A DNA stretch of 64,000 nt from Streptomyces sp. M10(2022) (lineage in GTDB: Bacteria > Actinomycetota > Actinomycetes > Streptomycetales > Streptomycetaceae): the NCBI GenBank assembly GCA_038070475.1, contig JAMYWH010000005.1, positions 7,509,461 through 7,573,460 of the forward strand. Reading direction: 5' to 3'. Below, piece by piece: positions 12,081-23,431 of this stretch. Made by a program: the position numbers and the translations under genes. The first letter of the stretch is position 1. Each line of letters starts with the position of its first letter. The notes below the pieces were generated by a model. That model searched no databases. It was given only the letters and a program-made list of their open reading frames with translations, and had not been told where the DNA came from.

Positions 12081-12930
12081 CAGGAGCTTTCATGGGAGCA
12101 GAGCACCGGCAGCCGGCCGACATGAGCGGCAGGAAACCCGCGAACGCAGAGAGCGGATCAAAGGCCGCGTCGTGGACAGGGGTTCGTTCGGATCGAACAG
12201 CTGGCCGACGAGCTGGGTGTGACCGCGATGACCATCCGCCGGGACCTCGACTACCTGCAGGACCGGGGCTGGCTGAGAAAGGTCCGCGGCGGCGCGACCG
12301 CTCAGCCTTCGACCGCCTTCCACGGCGACGTCCGTCACCGTGCCCGGGCCATGACGGCGGCCAAGGACGCCATCGCCCGCGCCGCCCTGCCTCTGGTCAA
12401 ACCCGGGCAAGCGGTCGTCATCGACGACAGTACGACGGCTCTGGCACTCACCCGTCTCCTGGACCGGCACGCCCCTTGACCGTTATCACCAACTTCGGCC
12501 CGGTCACCCAGATGCTGGCCGACAGCCCGGGTATCGAGCTCATCTCCTGGGCGGCACCTACTACCCGCCTACGACGCCTTCCTCGGCCTGCGCACTGTGG
12601 ACGCCGTGACCAGTCTCAGCGCCGACACACTCTTCGCCTCCACGACCGCCATCACCCGCGGTCACTGCTACCACCAGTCGCAGGAGACGGTGGCGGTGAA
12701 GCGTGCGCTGATGGATGCCTGTGCGCGGAAGATCCTTCTGGTCGACCACACGAAGTTCCGCCGCCGTGGCCTCTACCAGCTGGCCCCGTGACCGCCTTCG
12801 ACCTCGTCATCGTCGACTCCGGCATCCCGGCTTTCGACCTCGATGCCCTCCAGGCCGATGGCGTCGAGGTTCTCGTGGCCCGCCGGGACCACCGAGCCCG
12901 TAGCGGTGTTGGCACCGGTACTGGCACCGG
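12081..12930 (+). CDS. DeoR-family transcriptional regulator, spread over 3 frames
   Basis: It carries ETRERRERI and MTIRRDLDYLQDRGWL (HTH region), then the sugar-binding C-terminal domain (VVIDDSTTALAL, ILLVDHTKF). Confidence 0.75.
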
Positions 12931-13199
12931 CGTGTGGCGCGACGTCCTGCCGCGTCCCCGCATGACGTACGTTTCGGCCTGCCCGCCGATGCCCGACGCA
13001 ATGGCTCACGAGTTCGCTACGGGGAGGGCCCCGGTGGCGACGCCGGGCAGGCCGAGTCGTCCAGGTGGCGAGCGGGGCCGTCCGTCCGCGGATCGACCAC
13101 CAGCACACCGTTGGCCCTGTGCTCGGCCCACCGGCGCAGGCAGAGCGTGCATTCGGCCGTCACGCGGCCTTGGCTATGCATCAACTCCTTAGAGTGCCA

Positions 13200-13620
13200 A
13201 CATGGTTACGGGTGAAAGAGGCGAATCGGAGAGCTCGCGGAACAGGCCGGTGTCAGCCCTCGTTCCTTGCGTTATTACGAGCAGCAAGGACTCTTGTCGC
13301 TTTCCAGGGACGCCAACGGGCACCGGGAGTACGACGAAGCCGCTCTCGACCGTGTACTCAACATCAAGGACCTGATCGCCGCCGGGCTGACAACCGATGA
13401 TGTCCTGCTCTATCGCTCTGCGGGCGCTCTGGGGCATCGTCTGACCGATTCGCCCCGCCGCTCCGTCGAACTGGTCAGCGCGCAGCGGCGGCTGGCGGGC
13501 TGGAGGACAGGATTGCCCGGCTGCATCAGATCAGGGACCGCTTGATCCAGCACAGTGCCGACCTGGAAGACGCGATCGTGTCGCAACTCGCGAGCCCAGG
13601 GTCGAGCAGGGCAGCCTCCG
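13200..13620 (+). CDS. MerR-family transcriptional regulator, frameshifted at the N-terminus
   Basis: It carries the MerR HTH region (IGELAEQAGVSPRSLRYYEQQGLL). Confidence 0.65.
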
Positions 13621-13954
13621 GCGAGGCAGGGCACAGCCAGACCCATTGGCTGTCCGGCTGGGGCACGGCACTCAGGCTCAACCCTGGTCGCCGGGGAGGC
13701 ACTGTAACTGCGGTGTCGCCCGGGCCGGGCACGGGGACGCGCTGAGCCGCTGGTGCAGCTCGGGGTGGTGGCGGTGACGGGCTGCCGAATCCGCGGCTGC
13801 CCCGGGTGCTCAGCTGAGACGCGGGTGGCCGGCCGAGAGCTGAGCGGGACCGGCCACGCCCGGAACGGCAGCAGAGCCCCGGTACGGCAGCAGGGCCCGG
13901 ACCGCGTGTCGCGGTCCGGGCCCTGCCCGGCCTTGCGGCGGCGGCGGTGGTGCG

Positions 13955-14170
13955 TCAGCTCTGTGCGGTGTCGTCGCCGGCCTGCCCGGCGCCCTCGGCT
14001 GCGCCTGCCCTCTCGCGCATCTTGCGCACCAGCTCCGCCTTCTGGTCGGCGGCATCCTGGCGGTCGAGGTTGCGGTGCGGACCGTTGTTCTGCCGTTCGG
14101 CGCGGGACTGCCTCTTGCGCTGGCCGCCGCCCATGCCTATGGGGTTGTTGATGTTCTTGCTTACGGTCAT
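13955..14170 (-). CDS. small highly charged hypothetical protein (71 aa), DUF5302-like
   Basis: The ORF is intact. A GGAGAG Shine-Dalgarno sits 4 nt before the ATG at 14170. Its basic/acidic composition is typical of conserved small actinomycete proteins. Confidence 0.45.
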   Translation of the reverse strand: MTVSKNINNPIGMGGGQRKRQSRAERQNNGPHRNLDRQDAADQKAELVRKMRERAGAAEGAGQAGDDTAQS

Positions 14171-14397
14171 GGGCTCTCCCGGTAATGATGTGAAGTGATC
14201 TACGGATTTATCGGCGGGGACAGGCGGCGACGTCGAAGGACGTCAGCGGGGCCCATCACGCTCTCACTCGTAAATCGGCGTCTGGAAGAACATGACAAAG
14301 ACGTTACCCGGTTCCGTCGGCCCCGCACACCAGACTTTTCGGTTCCCCGGCGTCGGGCGCCGCGGGCGTTGTCAGTGGTCGCGAGCACACTGACGGC

Positions 14398-14570
14398 ATG
14401 AGGATCATCTCACTTGCGCCCGCCGTTACAGGACAACCTTCAGTGGAGCGGAGAATCGGCTGGATCATGGTGCACCGTCCGCTCGCCCGCGATTACGAGA
14501 CCCTCGCCGCCAGCTCCGAAGTAATGATCCAGATCGCCTCGATCGACAATCTCGCCAAGCATATAACAGA
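14398..14570 (+). mobile_element. IS5-family transposase C-terminal remnant
   Basis: It carries ERRIGWIMVHRPLARDYETLAASSEVMIQIASIDNLAKH, which matches the conserved IS5/IS427 C-terminus (…KQWRGIATRYDK…AVTLA…IWL). It lies in a low-GC patch. Confidence 0.55.
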
Positions 14571-14645
14571 CGAGACCGCATCAACCTGGCGAGGAACCTA
14601 CTGTGGCATAAGAGACAATTCGGCTACAGCGAACGCCCCTAAGTC

Positions 14646-15110
14646 TCACTCCAGGAACTCCCGGCTCCCGTGGAAAAGCCCGGCGAAGCTCGTACACGAG
14701 TCCAAATCATCGCATTTCGGGGAGAAGAGGTAGGCCGCCCACTCGCCGTCCGGGCCGATGCCGGTCGGGTCGAGCAACCAGACGTCCTCACCGCTCGCGA
14801 CCTGAAGCGACCGCCGGAACAGTGCCACGAAGTCGTCGTACCCGTCGGCCCCGTCCGCCACCTGCGCCGCGTAAAGGGGCAGAAGGCTGCCACCCATGCC
14901 GGTGTCGCGCATCCAGGTGGCGTCTTCGCAGGAATGGACTTCGTCGATCCAGTCGCGGAGTGCGCCCCATCCGTTCGAGGTCAGCAGGAAACTGCGGTAG
15001 CCGGGCGGAAATCGCAGGCCCTTTGGTGGCCACTCGTCGGAGGCTCCCGAAGCGGTGGAGGTATCCCAACACGCAGTCGGGGAGGGCGGTCGCCACAGCG
15101 ACCGCGTCCA
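14646..15110 (-). CDS. SMI1/KNR4 (SUKH-1) family protein
   Basis: It carries YRSFLLTSNGWGALRDW...GEDVWLLDPTGIG...GEWAAYLF...SFAGLF. The N-terminus is frameshifted. Confidence 0.6.
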   Translation of the reverse strand, partial: WTRSLWRPPSPTACWDTSTASGASDEWPPKGLRFPPGYRSFLLTSNGWGALRDWIDEVHSCEDATWMRDTGMGGSLLPLYAAQVADGADGYDDFVALFRRSLQVASGEDVWLLDPTGIGPDGEWAAYLFSPKCDDLDSCTSFAGLFHGSREFLE

Positions 15111-15692
15111 CCCTGCTCGTACTGATGCTGGGTGCGCCTGGTGTGGGCGGTGAGTCTGCGGCGGACCTGGCGGAGGCGCGGCCCGCCCACGATCGGGAGC
15201 GGGGCGTCGCGGAGTGGCACAGGCGTTGGTGGCCGAGCAGGGCGAGGAGGTGACCCACCTGGCCGCCGTACGGGTCGACGATGCCGGTGGACGCGACGGA
15301 GGTGCTGCTCGCCGGTGCGGTGATCAACATGCTGGCGGTGGGCGTGCTGTCGGCGGCACTTCTGGCCGCCGCAGCCGGGCTCTGGGCGCGTACCGTGGAG
15401 GACGGCGCCCTCGCCAAGCACGCGGGGACGCGCTCTGCACGGTAGGGCGCCCCATGACGGCCCCAGCAGCTGGCGGTCATATCAGCGTTTCTTCGCTGAG
15501 GAGGTGCGCGCATACGCTGGCGTAGGTCGTATGGCACAGAGCCCGCCGCCCGGACCCGGATGCGCGTACGATCTGCGGCCGGGCCGCCGTTCTTCAGCGG
15601 GCCCAGGACCTCCTCCTCGCCCCTGGCAGAGCCCGCCTTCGCGGAGCTGCTCGCCCTGGGGCCGGTGCAACGGCACCCGGCCGGCTGAGCGT

Positions 15693-16410
15693 TCAGCGGC
15701 GCAGCGCCGCCGTCAGCATCGGCAGAGCGTGGCGCAGTTCCCGGTAACCGTAGGTGCCGCTGTGCCCACCTGGGTAGACATGGGTGGTGACGGGCGTGCC
15801 CAGAGACTTGAGACGGTCGCTGAGCATCCGCGTCTCCTCGCCGCACACGGCTTCGGTGATCGATACGACGCCGTCGTCGGCGAGCGCGACCCATTTCTCG
15901 GAACCGGGGATGTGGGGATCGGGCTCGTCGCCGTCGAGCGGGCCGGGTTTGCCGTCGCCGGAGGCGAGGTAGACGGGTGTGTGACGCAGCCCCGGCGTGA
16001 TGGTACGGATCCCAGTCGAGCCAAGTCTTCCACTGCTTCCACGGGTCGCCGAAGATCGCGTAGCCGTCCACGCCGACGAACTTCGCTCCGGAGAGCCACA
16101 TCTCCGGGTGCCGGACCGGGTGCACGGGTGCCCCGAAAGCGGCGACGGCGCCGAACAGCCCGTGATACGGGCGGCGAGCCCCAGGGCGCCGAATCCACCT
16201 TGGGACTCGCCGGCTGCCGCCCTGTTCGGCCCAGCCCCGTAGTCCCGTTCTACCAGGGGCAGGACTTCACGGAGGAAGTACGTACGCACCCTGGGGAGCC
16301 TCCCTGCCGTGGTTCCACCAGTCGGTCCAGAAACCGAACAGCGGCATGCCCGGCATGACCACCAGGACATCACGCAGCTCGGCCAGGTCCTGCACTTCGA
16401 ACAGGTTCAT
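15693..16410 (-). CDS. putative esterase (esterase-D / mycolyltransferase-like alpha/beta hydrolase), frameshifted
   Basis: It carries WMN...VMPGMPLFGFW and AAAGESQGGFGALGLAAR (GxSxG). The first in-frame Met lies about 37 bp from the end of IS5 copy 1. Confidence 0.65.
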
Positions 16411-16450
16411 CCAGGTCGTGTGGTCACCGTCTCCGCCCGCGAACAGCTAG

Positions 16451-17447
16451 GCCCTGTTTCTCGGATCATGTTCGGAGCCAGATGACGAGGGCTGCGAGCG
16501 TGACGGTGCCGAGGTAGATGTAGGCGCGTTTCTCGTAGCGGGTTGCGACGGCGCGGAACCCTTTCAGGCGGTTGATGGTGCGTTCGACGGTGTTGCGTTT
16601 CTTGTAGCGCTCGCTGTCGAAGCTGGTGGGACGGCCTCCTTGTGATCCCCGATTCTTGCGGTGTCTTTGCTGGTCAAGACGTTCCGGAATGGTGTGCGGG
16701 ATCCCGCGTCGTCGCAGATAGCGGCGGTTGCTGCGGGACGTGTAGGCCTTGTCGGCCAGGACCCGGTCGGGTCTGGTTCGGGGCCGGCCGACCCGGCCCG
16801 GGCACGGACACCTGCTCCAGCACACGCTCGAGCTGGGGTCCGTCGCCGTAGTGTCCGGGCGTCAGGACGAGAGCGAGGGCCGGCATCGTCCGTCGGCGGC
16901 GAGGTGAATTTTGGTGGTGAATCCGCCGCGGGAGCGTCCCAGACACTCGCCGATCTGACCACCTCCTCCAGCCGGACGACGAGTTTCCGCAGTACCGGAT
17001 CGACCTGGTTCGTCCCTCGAACATTCCCCTTTGAGGCGACACGGCCGGCGGTGTCTTCCTCGCGCCGGCGGCGTGCTGGTGGGCTCGCACCGCTGTCGAG
17101 TCCACCGATACGTCCCAGTCGATTCGGCCCGCAGCGTCCTCGGCAGCCTGAATCCGCGACAGGAGCATCGCCCACGTTCCGTCCGCTGACCAGCGGCGAT
17201 GCCGCTTATAGACCGTCTCCCAGGGCCCGAACCGCTCCGGCAGATCTCTCCACTGCACGCCCGTCCGGACCCGGTAGAGCACCCGTTGATCACCCGGCGG
17301 TGATCACTCCACCGCCCGCCACGGGCACCACCAGGAGGTAGGAACGACTCCAGTCGGTCCCACTCCGCATTGGTCAGATCTCCACGCCCCATGCAGACAG
17401 CCTGACCCCAACACCCCACTCATGTCAGGAGATCCGAGAAACAGGGC
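16451..17447 (-). mobile_element. IS5-family (IS427-group) insertion sequence, copy 1, with a frameshifted transposase
   Basis: It has perfect 17-bp terminal inverted repeats (GCCCTGTTTCTCGGATC at 16451-16467 and the reverse complement at 17431-17447). A CTAG target-site duplication flanks it (16447-16450 and 17448-17451). The transposase pieces read LYRVRTGVQWRDLP, DSTAVRAHQHAAGARK and DKAYTSRSNRRYLRRRGIPHTIPERLDQ. Confidence 0.9.
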
Positions 17448-17469
17448 CTAGTGCTGAGTCAGGCAACGT

Positions 17470-18700
17470 TGGCCCTGTTGTGATGTGACGCACCGTCCGG
17501 GTGCTTTGCCGGGCGGCGTGGGACGGTCACCCTGTCCGGGTGGCGATACGAGTGCAGGTTCGTGAGATCGATGATGACGAGGGCGGCGGCTGCTGCGGAT
17601 CATCCGCAGGGGCACTGGGTCGGTGGTGACCTGGCGGCGGGCCCAGATGGTCCTGCTGTCCGCACAGGGCATGCCGGTGGCGAGGATCGCCGAGGTGTCG
17701 TTCACCAGCGACGACCGCGTCCGGGATGTGATCCACAACTTCAACACGGACGGCTTCGACTCGCTGTATCCGAAGTATTCCGGCGGCCGGCCGAAGACGT
17801 TCACGCTGCCTGAACGCCGCGAGATCAAGAAGATCGCGAAGTCGAAGCCGACCGAGCACGACCTGCCGTTCTCGACCTGGAGCCTGACCAAGCTGGCGGA
17901 CTTCCTGGTAGCCGAGGGGTGGTCGACGACATCAGCCACGAGGGCCTGCGCATCCTGCTCCGCGAGGAAGGCGTCTCCTTTCAACGCCTGAAAACCTGGA
18001 AGACCTCCAGCGATCCCGACTACGCGGCCAAGAAGGCCCGGGTCGAGCACCTCTACGCGATCGCCGACGGCGAGGTCATACCGAGGACGGCGAACCCGAA
18101 GTCATCTTCTGCATGGACGAGTTCGGACCGCTCAACCTGATGCCGCACCCGGGAGGCAGTGGGCCGAACGCGGAGGCAAGCACAGGGATCCCGACCGTGA
18201 ACCCGCCGGCGGCTCGGGCCACCTACAACCGCTACGGCGGAGTGCGGCACCTGTTCGCCGCCCTGGACCTGGCCAAGGACAAGCTCTACGGTCACATCAA
18301 GCCGGTCAAGAAGCGGACGCAGTTCCTGGAGTTCTGCCGCTACCTCCGCACCCTCTACCCGCGAGAGGTCCGGATCGCGATCATCAGCGACAACTTCTCC
18401 CCTCACCTGACCACGAAGAAATGCCAGCGGGTCGGCACCTGGGCCGCTGCGAACAACGTCGAGATGGCCTACACACCGACCAACAGTTCCTGGCTCAACC
18501 GCATCGAGGCCCAGTTCACAGCCCTGCGCTACTTCACCCTCGACGGCACCGACCACGCCGACCACAAGGAACAGGGCAGCATGATCCGCCGCTACATCAT
18601 CTGGCGAAACCGCCACGCCGACGACCGGCGCCTACGCGCAGTCGTCGACAGGACAAACGTCGCCTGATCCGGCGAGGCCTGGTTCATGGCGTGGGCACGC
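17470..18700 (+). mobile_element. IS630-family element with a frameshifted transposase. The ends are not resolved
   Basis: The transposase is about 350 aa across 3 frames. It has an HTH (RAQMVLLSAQGMPVARIAEV) and a DDE/DDD core (IISDNFSPH, AYTPTNSSWLNRIEAQF). Confidence 0.75.
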
Positions 18701-18877
18701 GCAGGAGGACGCGGACTGTGGTTGATCCGAGAACTTCAGTCACTAACCAACATCCACCGTCGGGGAAATCAATGGTGGTGGGCCACCAGCGGATCCTGCG
18801 GCCGTTGTCCTTCTCGGCAGATGCGTAGCCACCGGTGCTACCGCGAGCGGTGCCGGAACCATCTACCCGCTCGGCGC

Positions 18878-19250
18878 TCACCGTCGGCGGCCCTTGCGGT
18901 CAGTCACCTTCCCCTGCTCGTCGAGAGTGACCGACACATACTTCGCTCGGTATCCTTCTGCGCTGCGGGCAGTGGAGCCCAGGGTGGGGATACGAACCCA
19001 CAAGTCAGCAGCACCATGCCACTGTTGTTTCTTGTCCATGTCGTGGAGGGCGGGCGGCACAGTGGCTGTGGTGTTCAGAGCGGTGACAGGACACGCTGCG
19101 TCCGCCAACGCTGCATCAGGTCGCAGCGTAGAAGCGGTCGGTGGTGGATGAGGATCTGAGGAGTCGATCCGGAGCACCCAACCGCCATTAGCAGCAGCAG
19201 AATCTGCATGGGCGCGGCTCGCCTTGTCGCTCTGCCTTGCACCACATGCT
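18878..19250 (-). CDS. putative small lipoprotein in a low-GC patch
   Basis: It has a lipobox signal (MQILLLLMAVGCSGS) followed by a hydrophilic tail, and needs one frameshift. Confidence 0.3.
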
Positions 19251-19252
19251 CC

Positions 19253-19400
19253 TCACATTCGTATGGCTCCTGTAGCGAGCAGTACAGCAGCAATGCCCGC
19301 CATCGCGATTATCTCAACCGCCTTGCCCACCGGATAGGCCACTGACGAATGAGCCGGATGATCCGCAACGGTCACCGGTCCTCGCGTCATCGATGTCATG
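19253..19400 (-). CDS. small protein with a C-terminal TM helix
   Basis: The sequence reads MTSMTRGPVTVADHPAHSSVAYPVGKAVEIIAMAGIAAVLLATGAIRM. Confidence 0.25.
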
Positions 19401-19467
19401 CACGCGCACTCGTCCGCCGCTGACACCGCGTCACGTTGGCGCAGGGCGAACGTTGCCTGGTGTGGCA

Positions 19468-20913
19468 CTAGTAGGGCTTGGTCAGGTTGGTGTGCGTGTG
19501 GGTATGTCGCGGTGGCAGGTGGGGCATGCACCGGCCCAGGTGGCGAGGAGTGATTGCAGCTCGCGGACGATCTGGTAGAGGCTCAGGCCGGTGCCGTGTC
19601 TTTGGGGCGTGGGCCAGCCTCCGCAGGGTGCAGAAGGCATGGGCGAGGGAGGCGAGGGTGACGTGGTGGTGCCAGCCGTTGAAGGTGCGGCCTTCGAAGT
19701 GGGCAAGTCCCAGGGCCTGTTTCATCTCGCGGTAGTCGTGCTCGATGCGCCAGCGGAGCTTGGCCAGGCGGACCAGGGTGGTCAGCGGGGTGTCGGCGGG
19801 CAGGTCGGAGAGCCAGAACTGGATCGGCTCGGCCTCTTTGGCGGGCCACTCGGCCAGTAGCCAGCACTCGGCCAGTTCAACGCCTTCGGTGGCGTCACGG
19901 ATCTCGCGTCCTGCCGGGCGGATCCGCAGGGCCACGAAGCGCGAGTACATACGCTTCAAGCCGGTGCGGCCTTGCCCGGGCGTGAGCCCTCACGCCATGA
20001 GACCGGCTTAGCCGAACCACGACCCGCCTCGATGACCAGCGACTTCACGCTGCGGGCCGGGTCCGGATACCTGGGCACCGGCCGCCGTCCGATGCCGCTG
20101 TAGGGCGGGGTGAACGGACTGGTGGCGGCCGGGTGGGCGGTGGGCGTGGTGGAGATGCCGACCACGTAGTGCAGACCGCGCTGGTTCAAACCCAGACGGA
20201 AGGCCGCCGCGTCGCCGTAGCCGGCGTCTGCCAGCACCAGCGGGACATCGATGTCCCAGGACCGGGTCTCGTCAATCATGTCCAGCGCGAGTTGCCACTT
20301 CTCCACGTGGCCCAGGTCGGCGGGAATGCCGCACCGCTCGCGGCGGGCCACCTTGAGCGGGACGGCCTGCGGTGAAGCCGGGTCCCAGGACTTGGGCAGG
20401 AACAACCGCCAGTTCACCGGCGTCGAGGCGTGGTCGCGGGCCAGGTGCACCGAGACCCCGACCTGGCAGTTGGTGACCTTCCTGCGGTGCCGGTGTACTG
20501 CCGCGACACACACGCCGAAGCGTCGCCATCCTTCAAGAACCCGGTGTCGTCGACGATCAACGCCGTCGGGGCGATTGCCTCGTGCATCCGCCAAGCCAGC
20601 CGGGCCCGCACCTGGGCCCAACTCCACGGACTGGAGGTGACGAAATGCGCCAGCGCTTGCCGGTTGCCATCCTCGCCCAGCCGAGCGGCCATCGGTTCCA
20701 CCGATTTGCGCCGTCCGTCCAGCAGCAGTCCACGCACATACGCCTGCCCCCACCGATACTGGTCCGCGCGCGTGAACGCATCGAACATCTCCGCCGTGAA
20801 CGTCTCCAGGTCCTCCCGGACCTGATCCATCTCCTCAGGTGTCACACACCATCAACGCGCCCACAGACACCAAGACACGCCACCAGTGCGTACATCTGAC
20901 CAAGCCCTACTAG
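19468..20913 (-). mobile_element. IS701-family insertion sequence, copy 1
   Basis: It has 18-bp terminal inverted repeats (CTAGTAGGGCTTGGTCAG / CTGACCAAGCCCTACTAG). The transposase is split over 3 ORFs (MTPEEMDQVREDLETF, VTNCQVGVSVHLA, LFLPKSW, LKWRIEHDYREMKQALGLAHFEGRTFNGWHHH). Confidence 0.9.
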
Positions 20914-21434
20914 AGCGTGGGCCAACGGTCGCCGGGGCGGCGCCGGCCCCAGCCGCGCGGTGTCAGCAGGGCTACCGTGCTTCGGCCTCCGAGAGCAGGG
21001 GAGCTCACGGTCAGTTCGACCAACCGGTCGTTCAGGCGGCGTTCGGCGAGGACCTTGCCGGTGGCACCGGCAAGGTCCTCGCCGAGGAGGTTCCGGCGCC
21101 CAGCAGGGCCTCGGTCGTCAAAACGGTGCGGCGTGTGTGCGTGCGACATACCTCAGTATTCGGCCGGTGGTCCCGCCGCCTTGAACTCGTCGGGCCGCTA
21201 CCGGCGCCGAGGGCACGATCTCCCAGGCTGTCCACGACAACGGCCTGCGGCATCGCCTCACTGCAACCCCGACCAACCTGGCCCGCATCAGTGCCTGGTG
21301 CTCGGATGCCCTGGGCCCGCGCTCGCACCACGCACGAGCTTCGGCTTCTACCGCGGATCTCGCTCGGCTCCGCAGCCGCCCGGCCGGTGGCCGGTTCCCT
21401 CGACCTGGCCCACGGGTTCTGAGGGCATGGCGTC

Positions 21435-22082
21435 TCATGCACCGCGTGCCGCGAGCCCGGTGCGCCAGGCCCAGACCGCGATTTCCACGCGGTTTCTCGC
21501 AGGGAGCTTGGCCTGCACGTTGGTGAGGTGTGTTTTGACCGTGCCCACGGAGATGGAAAGGGCTGTGGCGATCTCGGCGTTGGTCAGGCCCTCGGCCAGC
21601 AGCACGACGACTTCCTCTCGCGCGGAGAGAGCTGGCTGGCGGGCTCCGGCCCGGAGGAGACGGTACGGAGCTGTCTCAGGAGCCGAACGGTGATCGACGG
21701 GCTGACCAGGGAGTCGCCGGCCGCGGCTGCGCGGACCGCCTCGCCCAGCAGGCGCGGGCCGGAGTCCTGAGAATGAATCCGCTGGCACCCGCGTCCACCG
21801 CGCGGGTCAGGTACTCCTCGTCGTCGAAGGTGGTCACGATCACGACGCGGGGCTGGTACGAGGCATGGGGCCGGGTCAGGTGGCGCAAGGCATCCAGACC
21901 GTTCAGGCGCGGCATCCGGATGTCCATCAGAACGACGTCCGGTCGGTGCAGCTCGACCATCTCCAGGGCTTGGAGGCCGTCCCGGGCGTGGGCGACGACG
22001 TGGATGTCGTCCTCGGCGGAGAGGATCATAGACATACCGGTGCGGACGATCTCCTGATCGTCGGCGAGCAGCACCCGGATCA
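21435..22082 (-). CDS. NarL/LuxR-family response regulator
   Basis: It has a receiver domain (IRVLLADDQEIVRTGM, VVLMDIRMP) and a LuxR HTH (LSAREEVVVLLAEGLTNAEIA). It is frameshifted. Confidence 0.8.
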
Positions 22083-22084
22083 CG

Positions 22085-23283
22085 GACCGTCCTTCCACGC
22101 ACTCTCCAAGGGAATTCGGGCCTTCACCAGCCAGTGTCCACTGCCATCGGGCCCCGCCTGGAAGACGCCGCCTTCGGCAGTAACGCGTTCCTCGAGTCCG
22201 ACAAGACCGTACCCCTTCGCCGCAGGTGCGCCCGCGCCGGGCCGATCGTTGACGATGTCGAGTTCGGCGGACCGGGGAAGGACCCGAGCGCCACGGACAC
22301 CTGCCGGGAGTCCGGTGCGTGCTTGCGTACATTCGTCAGCGACTCCATGACGACGCGGTGCACGGCCGCCATGGCCGCTGCCGGCAAACGGTCGGCAGGC
22401 CCTTCCTCCTCAAGCCTGGCCGCACCCCGCCGGGCAGCGCAAAGGCCATCACCAGAGTACGCAGTTGTTCCACCCCGCCCACCGGTACGAGCGCGGCTTC
22501 AGTGCGAAGTCCGCTCACCATGTGTCGCAGAGCCCGGAGGGCCTCCGAAGCCGTCCCTTCGATCTGCCCCAACGCCGACGCGACCATCTCCGGCCTGGAC
22601 GCCGCGACCACCTGGACCCCTGGGCCTGCACGACGATGCCCGTCACATGATGAGCCACGAAATCGTGCAGATCCCGGGCGAAGGTGAGCCGCTGTTCCAG
22701 GCGCACCTGCTCGGCGTGGCGCCGGCGGTCGACAGCTGCCAGCCGGGCCACGAGTGCCCCGATCAGTCCGGCACTGACGGCCAACGTGCAGAACAGCGCC
22801 AGGATGAGGCTGTTCTCGGTCGCCTCGACGGCTACCGGTCGCAGGACTGCGGCAAGGGACAGCAGGACGGCTGCCCCGGCTGCAGGCCAGGCGTCTCCGT
22901 ACCGGACGGCGAGGACCAGCACCGCGATAAGCGCGGTGATCTCGAACAGGGTGTACGCGTCGGCGTGCCCGCCGACGACCCCGCCTCACGGCCGTGACAT
23001 GCATCCACGCACTGCACCCGAGGGACACGGCCCCACCAGTGCGCCGGCCACCGCCAGGGTCCGCAGATCACTTCGCCAGCGGCGCACTGCCCAGATCGAC
23101 ACCACCAGGACGGGTGCGACGGCCGAGAGACGGACCTGGGACGCGAGGGCGGACTGGTAGACACCGGTGTAGTAGTCGGCTGCGAGCGCCAGCACCAGGG
23201 CGCACCCGACGAGAACGACGCCGAGGCGAAACAGAACGCGACGCGTCCGGGAGGAGCGTCTGCCGAAGTGTGTGGAGTACATA
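22085..23283 (-). CDS. sensor histidine kinase (HisKA_3/NarX-type)
   Basis: It has TM segments at the N-terminus, an H-box (FARDLHDFVAHHVTGIVVQAQ) and an ATPase region (VHRVVMESLTNVRKHA). It is frameshifted. Confidence 0.75.
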
Positions 23284-23431
23284 TCCGCAGCGTACGTACC
23301 CGCCTCGGGAGGGCTTCTCCACCGAAAGTCGTAATGCTCCGGACAGGCTCCGTCCTTCGGTGGATCCGCGACGGCGCCCGCGCGGACAGGATCGCTAAAA
23401 CGATCGACAAGCAAGCCCGCAGGGGCACCGC

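Noticed and set aside
14788-16125. 445-aa minus-strand ORF spanning the SMI1 gene and the esterase gene
   Set aside because: It is a run-on of several frames. It has Arg-rich low-complexity stretches and no coherent homology. The real genes occupy its ends in other frames.
17484-17560. Imperfect palindrome GTGACGCACCGTCC...GGACGGTCAC with GTCCGGGTG direct repeats, considered as the IS630 inverted repeat
   Set aside because: I found no matching repeat at the right end of the IS630 region, so the element ends remain unresolved. The palindrome may be a regulatory site or chance.
18973-19005. tRNA-like 3' end reported as a full tRNA gene
   Set aside because: It has no 5' acceptor strand, D-arm or anticodon arm. 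The T-stem has mismatches. I keep it only as a possible relic in the findings, not as an RNA gene.
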